A program made the translations under genes and the position numbers. A DNA stretch of 49,774 nt, taken from positions 1-49,774 of the IMG/VR virus record IMGVR_UViG_3300022741_000072; one strand, given 5' to 3'. Positions 45,257 to 49,774 of the stretch are shown here, piece after piece. Under the pieces are notes generated by a model. That model saw only the letters and a program-made list of their open reading frames with translations, had not been told where the DNA came from and made no database searches. Position 1 is the stretch's first letter; each line of letters opens with the position of its first letter. This DNA is from a virus (Duplodnaviria > Caudoviricetes).

Positions 45257-45856
45257 ATGGCGGTGATCAAGCATCACAAGTTTGTTGCAGTGCTGCCGGC
45301 GACGCTCGAGGCGAACTCAATCTACTACGTGCGGGTGGGCGCTGGGTTCGATATCTACGTGACAAACAGCAGCGGAACCTTGATTGCGTATCCGCTCAAC
45401 CCCAGCGTTCAGCAAACACTGCACGTCCGCGACGAGAAGCCGACCGGTACAGATGGCGGCACCTTCACTTCCGGCGCTGATCGCACGCGCGACTTAAACA
45501 CTGTTGTCACGAATACGATCACTGGGGCCAGCTTGCTTGGTAACCAGGTGACCCTGCCATCGGGAACCTACGACATCGAGGCTTATGCGACGGCCTATCA
45601 GGTTGCGGCAAGTAAGGCTCGACTCACGACATCTGCTGGCACTGTCCTGCTTGTTGGATCGAGCGCTTATGGAGGGGTGAACACGGCGGCGAACGTAGCG
45701 TCTTTTGTCCGGGGAAGGCTCGTGCTGGGCAGCACTACCGTGATTGAGCTTCGCCATCAGTGCGGAACCACCAGCGCCACCAACGGCTTCGGGCGGGCGG
45801 CATCAATTGCCGGCGCCGTGGAGGTCTACAGCGACCTCCAGATCAAAAAGGTATGA
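45257..45856 (+). CDS. Putative short tail fibre / spike
   Basis: VRDEKPTGTDGGTFTSGA..RDLNT...VTLPSGTY beta-sandwich-like C-terminus. Confidence 0.55.
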   Translation: MAVIKHHKFVAVLPATLEANSIYYVRVGAGFDIYVTNSSGTLIAYPLNPSVQQTLHVRDEKPTGTDGGTFTSGADRTRDLNTVVTNTITGASLLGNQVTLPSGTYDIEAYATAYQVAASKARLTTSAGTVLLVGSSAYGGVNTAANVASFVRGRLVLGSTTVIELRHQCGTTSATNGFGRAASIAGAVEVYSDLQIKKV

Positions 45857-46257
45857 GTATGGACATTGCTCTGGCCATAGATGCCATCGTCCCGTCCGCC
45901 AAATACGGTGGCAGCGTAACCGACAACACCCGTGAAGCATTCGATGCGCTCAGATGGGAGGACTCCAGGCCGCAGCCCACCTGGGCAGAGCTGGAGGCAG
46001 TGGTAATCCCTGTGGCCGCGCCGGGGACGATTACTCGCCGACAGGCCCGTCTGGCGCTACTGCAGGCCGGCAAGCTCGCCGCCGTTGAGTCCGCCATCGC
46101 AAACATCGCCGATCCTGCTCAGAAGATGGCCGCCCAGATCGAGTACGAGGCCGAGACCTGGAAGCGTGCGAATCCCTGGATTGAACGAACGGGACAAGCG
46201 GTTGGCCTGACCCCCGAGCAGATCGACGCCCTATTCATTGCCGCCGCGACTCTCTGA
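45853..46257 (+). CDS. Tail-fibre-associated small protein
   Basis: W.D.RPQPTWAEL plus ITRRQARLALLQAG...LTPEQIDALFIAA. Confidence 0.6.
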   Translation: MSMDIALAIDAIVPSAKYGGSVTDNTREAFDALRWEDSRPQPTWAELEAVVIPVAAPGTITRRQARLALLQAGKLAAVESAIANIADPAQKMAAQIEYEAETWKRANPWIERTGQAVGLTPEQIDALFIAAATL

Positions 46258-46276
46258 GTCGACTTCCCACCTGAGC

Positions 46277-46298
46277 CCCGCCATCGAGCGGGTTTTTT
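46277..46298 (+). terminator. Terminator
   Basis: CCCGC-CATCGA-GCGGG-TTTTTT. Confidence 0.65.
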
Positions 46299-46315
46299 GT
46301 GCCTGGAGAAAACCA

Positions 46316-46870
46316 ATGGCTCGAATCTCTGCTGCCCAAGCGGGTGGCCCGAACGTGCTCGCCTTTTTGGACATGCTGGCCTGGTCTGAGCTGGGGGAGA
46401 AGATCCTGGCGCAGTCCGACGATGGCTATAACGTCATCGTCGGCTCTTTGCCCGGTCGCCTGATCACCTTCGATGATTACTCGGCGCATCCGAATCGGCT
46501 GGTGCAGCTGTCGCGTTACGGCATCGCGTCGACTGCTGCTGGCCGGTACCAGTTCCTGTACCGCACCTGGCACGCCATCGTCAGGGTCTACGGGTTCAAG
46601 GGTCGCTTCATTCCTGAAGCCCAGGATCTGGCTGCCGTGAAGCTGCTGACCGAGTGCAAGGCATTGCCAGCGATCAAGGCCGGTCGCATCGCTGATGCCA
46701 TAGCTCTGGCTGCGCCGATCTGGGCCAGCCTGCCAGGAGCTGGTTATGGCCAGCGGGAACATGCAGTGGCCAGCCTGCTGGAAATCTACGACGAGGAGCG
46801 CGCCGCCGAGCCGTGCGCCGAGCAGGATCTGGTCGCCATGTATGCGGCGTGTGGCGGGGTGGTGGCATGA
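46316..46870 (+). CDS. Endolysin (lambda R-like lysozyme/transglycosylase)
   Basis: AFLDMLAWSE, GYNVIVG, STAAGRYQFL, QDLAA, IWASLPGAGYGQ. Confidence 0.92.
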   Translation: MARISAAQAGGPNVLAFLDMLAWSELGEKILAQSDDGYNVIVGSLPGRLITFDDYSAHPNRLVQLSRYGIASTAAGRYQFLYRTWHAIVRVYGFKGRFIPEAQDLAAVKLLTECKALPAIKAGRIADAIALAAPIWASLPGAGYGQREHAVASLLEIYDEERAAEPCAEQDLVAMYAACGGVVA

Positions 46871-47274
46871 CCGCCTGGCTCAAGCTGGTTCCGGCCTGGG
46901 GTTGGGCACTACTTGCCGGCCTGGCACTTGCCGGCGCGCAGCAGATCCGCGTCATAAGCCTGCAGGACGATCTTGTCACTGCTCGAAAGGGATTGGTCGA
47001 CGAGCAGGGAAAGCTAGGCGCTTGCCGGGCTACGCGCACGAATCTGCTCGGCCAGGTGATCGAGCAGAACGTCGCGCTGGCCGACCTGCGTGCTGCTGAG
47101 CTGGAGCGCGCCGCACGGGCACGCGATGTGCAGCAGCAGGCCGAGGGCGAGGCTCACCAGGCCGACCAGCAGGCTTTGGCGGTCATGCAGGAACGCACGC
47201 CGGCCGGCGTTGATGTGTGCACTGCGGCCAGCCAGGCGTTCGACGATGAACTGAAACGGGAGCGCGGGCTATGA
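46867..47274 (+). CDS. i-spanin (Rz-like)
   Basis: N-terminal TM plus coiled coil, after endolysin. Confidence 0.75.
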   Translation: MTAWLKLVPAWGWALLAGLALAGAQQIRVISLQDDLVTARKGLVDEQGKLGACRATRTNLLGQVIEQNVALADLRAAELERAARARDVQQQAEGEAHQADQQALAVMQERTPAGVDVCTAASQAFDDELKRERGL

Positions 47275-47537
47275 AGGGGGCTCTGATTGTCCTGGCTCTG
47301 GCTCTGGTCGGCTGCGCCGGCCAGGTGGCTGAGCCACCCGAGCCGCAGCTGGTACGCGTCGAGGTGCCGGTGCAGATCCCGTGCCGCACTGAACGCGTTC
47401 AGCGTCCGGTGTTTGCGGTCGACTCGCTGCCCATCGGGGCGTCGATTGCCGAGCAGATGCGCGCGCTGCGTGCTGATCGGCTGCAGCGAAAGGGGTACGA
47501 GAAGCGGCTAGAGGCCGCTGTGGCTGCATGTATGTGA
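47271..47537 (+). CDS. o-spanin (Rz1-like lipoprotein)
   Basis: Lipobox LVGC, Pro-rich VEVPVQIPC. Confidence 0.8.
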   Translation: MKGALIVLALALVGCAGQVAEPPEPQLVRVEVPVQIPCRTERVQRPVFAVDSLPIGASIAEQMRALRADRLQRKGYEKRLEAAVAACM

Positions 47538-47925
47538 GGGGAGTTTCGTTGCCCAGAACGGGCGATGAATGCCGTACCACTTTTTGTACCAATCAGGTTC
47601 CGGCAATGGGGGTGGCGGGGTGTCAGAGGGGAGTCGAAAGCCTGAAGCAACTGGACTCGCGGGGGCGGTTATCTTGACCAACTACCCCTCCAATCCCCTT
47701 GAATCATCATAAGGAAATGACGAGACGGCGCAAATTGCCGCCCTCTGGCATACAAAATCCTGTTTTGTAAGCCTTTTCCCAAAGCTGCGTGCGAGATGTC
47801 ACAAAACTGACATCCTCGCTTGCGCCGCTCTAGAACGGGCCTCTAGGATGCCGCCGCCTTTCCAAGGCAATGCATTGCCCCCGCAACGGGGACATCCATG
47901 GAATATATGTGCAAAGGAGTTTTGC

Positions 47926-48357
47926 ATGAAACACGTAGCCTACGCCGCCGCTTTCTCCGCTCTCGCCCTGCTGACTGGCTGTGCCAGCCAGAACGTTAGC
48001 CAGCCGACCGTTCCGCTGAACGGCACCGTGCAGACTAACCTCAAGGCCGACGTGAAAGTGGGCGAGCCCATCTCCGGTCAATCTTCGGTGAACATCCTGT
48101 TCGGTGTGTTCAAGCTGGGTGGTGACACTCAGTTCGCCGATGGCGTGACCTACGGTGGTGGCGAGGGTGGTTTCGCACTGGGTCTCGACCCGGTCGCTTC
48201 CGCCAAGTCCGCAGCTGCCTACAAGGCAGTCAAGGCCTCGGGTGCCGACGTGATCGTCGCCCCGCGTTACGAAGTGAACGTTCAGGATTACTTCGTGTAC
48301 AAGACCGTTAGCGTCAACGTTACCGGTAACAAGGGCACCGTGACCTCCATCCGTTAA
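47926..48357 (+). CDS. Host lipoprotein
   Basis: AAGGAG RBS, lipobox LTGC, ADVIVAPRYEV. Confidence 0.8.
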   Translation: MKHVAYAAAFSALALLTGCASQNVSQPTVPLNGTVQTNLKADVKVGEPISGQSSVNILFGVFKLGGDTQFADGVTYGGGEGGFALGLDPVASAKSAAAYKAVKASGADVIVAPRYEVNVQDYFVYKTVSVNVTGNKGTVTSIR

Positions 48358-48502
48358 TCCGGACAGTCGCGACCCTGAATCGGCAGGCTTGATGCCTGCC
48401 GATTCATGAGACGAACGCTGCTGGCGTCGCCTCCGTGCTCGGCCCATAGTTCATGACCTGCGACCTGACCGGTCGTCTCGGATCAGAACAAGAGGCCAGG
48501 CC

Positions 48503-49774
48503 ATGACCAAGTCCCTCCATTACCGTGCATGCCATCTGTGCGAAGCCATCTGTGGGCTCGCCATCGAAACCGAAACCCAAGCTGACGGCAGCACGCAGAT
48601 TCGCTCGATCAAGGGCGATGCTCAGGACAGCTTCAGCCGCGGCCATATCTGCCCCAAGGCCGTTGCGTTGCAGGACATCCAGAACGACCCCGACCGTATC
48701 CGCCAGCCCATGCGCCGCATTGGCGAGCAGTGGCAGGCCATCGGCTGGGATGAGGCTTTCGATCTGGTAGCCGAGCGCCTGAGCGCGATCCAGTCCGAGC
48801 ATGGACAGAACGCCGTGGCCGTGTATCAGGGCAACCCCAGTGTGCATAACTACGGGCTGATGACCCACAGCAACTATTTCCTCGGTCAGCTGAAAACCCG
48901 CAATCGCTTCTCCGCCACGTCGGTGGATCAGCTGCCGCACCACCTGACCAGCCACCTGATGTATGGCCACGGCCTGCTGATTCCGATTCCCGATATCGAT
49001 CACACCGATTTCATGCTGATCCTGGGCGGCAACCCGCTGGCCTCCAACGGCAGCATCATGACCGTGCCGGATGTGGAAAAGCGTCTGAAGGCCATCCAGG
49101 CCCGCGGCGGCAAGCTGGTGGTGGTCGATCCGCGTCGCAGCGAAACCGCGGCTATCGCCGACCAGCACCTGTTCGTGCGCCCCGGCAGTGATGCCGCGCT
49201 GCTGCTGGCATTGTTGAATACCTTGTTCGAGGAAGGCCTGACGCGTGACAGCCATCTGCCGGTGGAAGGGCTGGAGCAGGTGCGCGAAGCCATCGCCGGC
49301 TTCGATGCCGAAGCCATGAGTTCGCGCTGTGGCGTGCCGGCCGCCACCATCCGCCAGTTGGCGCGGGATTTCGCCGCCGCGGACAAGGCGGTGTGCTACG
49401 GCCGTATGGGCGTTTCCACCCAGGCGTTTGGCACGCTTTGTCAGTGGCTGGTGCAGGTGATCAATCTGGTGACCGGCAACCTCGATCGCTCGGGCGGTGC
49501 GCTCTGCACGTCACCGGCGGTGGATCTGGTGGCGAGCACCTCGGGTGGTCATTTCAATCGCTGGCAGAGCCGTGTGTCCGGCCTGCCGGAATATGGCGGC
49601 GAGCTGCCGGTTTCGGCGCTGGCCGAAGAGATGCTGACGCCGGGCGAGGGGCAGGTTCGCGCCCTGGTCACGGTCGCCGGCAATCCGGTGTTGTCCACGC
49701 CCAATGGCCGGCAGCTGGAGCAGGCGTTGGACGGCCTGGACTTCATGCTCTCGGTGGATTTCTACATCAACGAG
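48503..49774 (+). CDS. Host molybdopterin oxidoreductase, 5' part (runs off the window; absent from the ORF track)
   Basis: MTKSLHYRACHLCEAICGL...GHICPKA 4Fe-4S motif; GGNPLASNGS; VVVDPRRSETA. Confidence 0.9.
   Translation, partial: MTKSLHYRACHLCEAICGLAIETETQADGSTQIRSIKGDAQDSFSRGHICPKAVALQDIQNDPDRIRQPMRRIGEQWQAIGWDEAFDLVAERLSAIQSEHGQNAVAVYQGNPSVHNYGLMTHSNYFLGQLKTRNRFSATSVDQLPHHLTSHLMYGHGLLIPIPDIDHTDFMLILGGNPLASNGSIMTVPDVEKRLKAIQARGGKLVVVDPRRSETAAIADQHLFVRPGSDAALLLALLNTLFEEGLTRDSHLPVEGLEQVREAIAGFDAEAMSSRCGVPAATIRQLARDFAAADKAVCYGRMGVSTQAFGTLCQWLVQVINLVTGNLDRSGGALCTSPAVDLVASTSGGHFNRWQSRVSGLPEYGGELPVSALAEEMLTPGEGQVRALVTVAGNPVLSTPNGRQLEQALDGLDFMLSVDFYINE

Larger units (their letters stand above)
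1..47600. mobile_element. Lambdoid (Siphoviridae-like) prophage; the left att lies just outside the window, right end approximate
   Basis: Canonical order int-xis-early genes-cI/cro-O/P-Q-holin-terminase-portal-capsid-tail-TMP-lysis; host-type genes begin after ~47.9 kb. Confidence 0.95.

Noticed and set aside
41505-45856. A DGR variable repeat in the tail or receptor-binding genes
   Set aside because: No match to the TR cores GGCTGGCAG...GAGCGC or GCCCCGCTCGTCCGC was found by eye; a computational search is needed to exclude it fully.

Overview
Bases 1 to ~47.6 kb are an apparently near-complete lambdoid (siphovirus-type) prophage in a GC-rich, Pseudomonas-like chromosome. The order is: integrase/xis, a leftward early operon, a LexA-controlled umuDC cassette, cI/cro with operators, O/P-like replication genes with iterons, a second tyrosine recombinase, Q, holins, lambda-type head genes, tail genes interrupted by a ~6 kb moron island (HEPN pair, mnt/arc/ant-like module), then endolysin and spanins. 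Host genes follow (a lipoprotein and a partial molybdopterin oxidoreductase). The standout is a complete diversity-generating retroelement (DGR) in the EARLY operon, not the tail module: two tandem small paralogous target genes (VR2, VR1), avd, a template repeat (TR) and a reverse transcriptase (RT). By hand alignment the TR does not behave as a normal adenine-rich master. About half of its mismatches to each VR are at non-A bases, and the VRs carry A at 9 positions where the TR does not. The TR therefore looks like a product of A-to-N mutagenesis itself, through self-targeting or a master template in trans. The TR also lies inside the 5' end of the RT reading frame. Also notable is an EcoHK31I-like two-frame C5 methyltransferase. 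All family calls come from motif recognition and synteny; no database searches were run.
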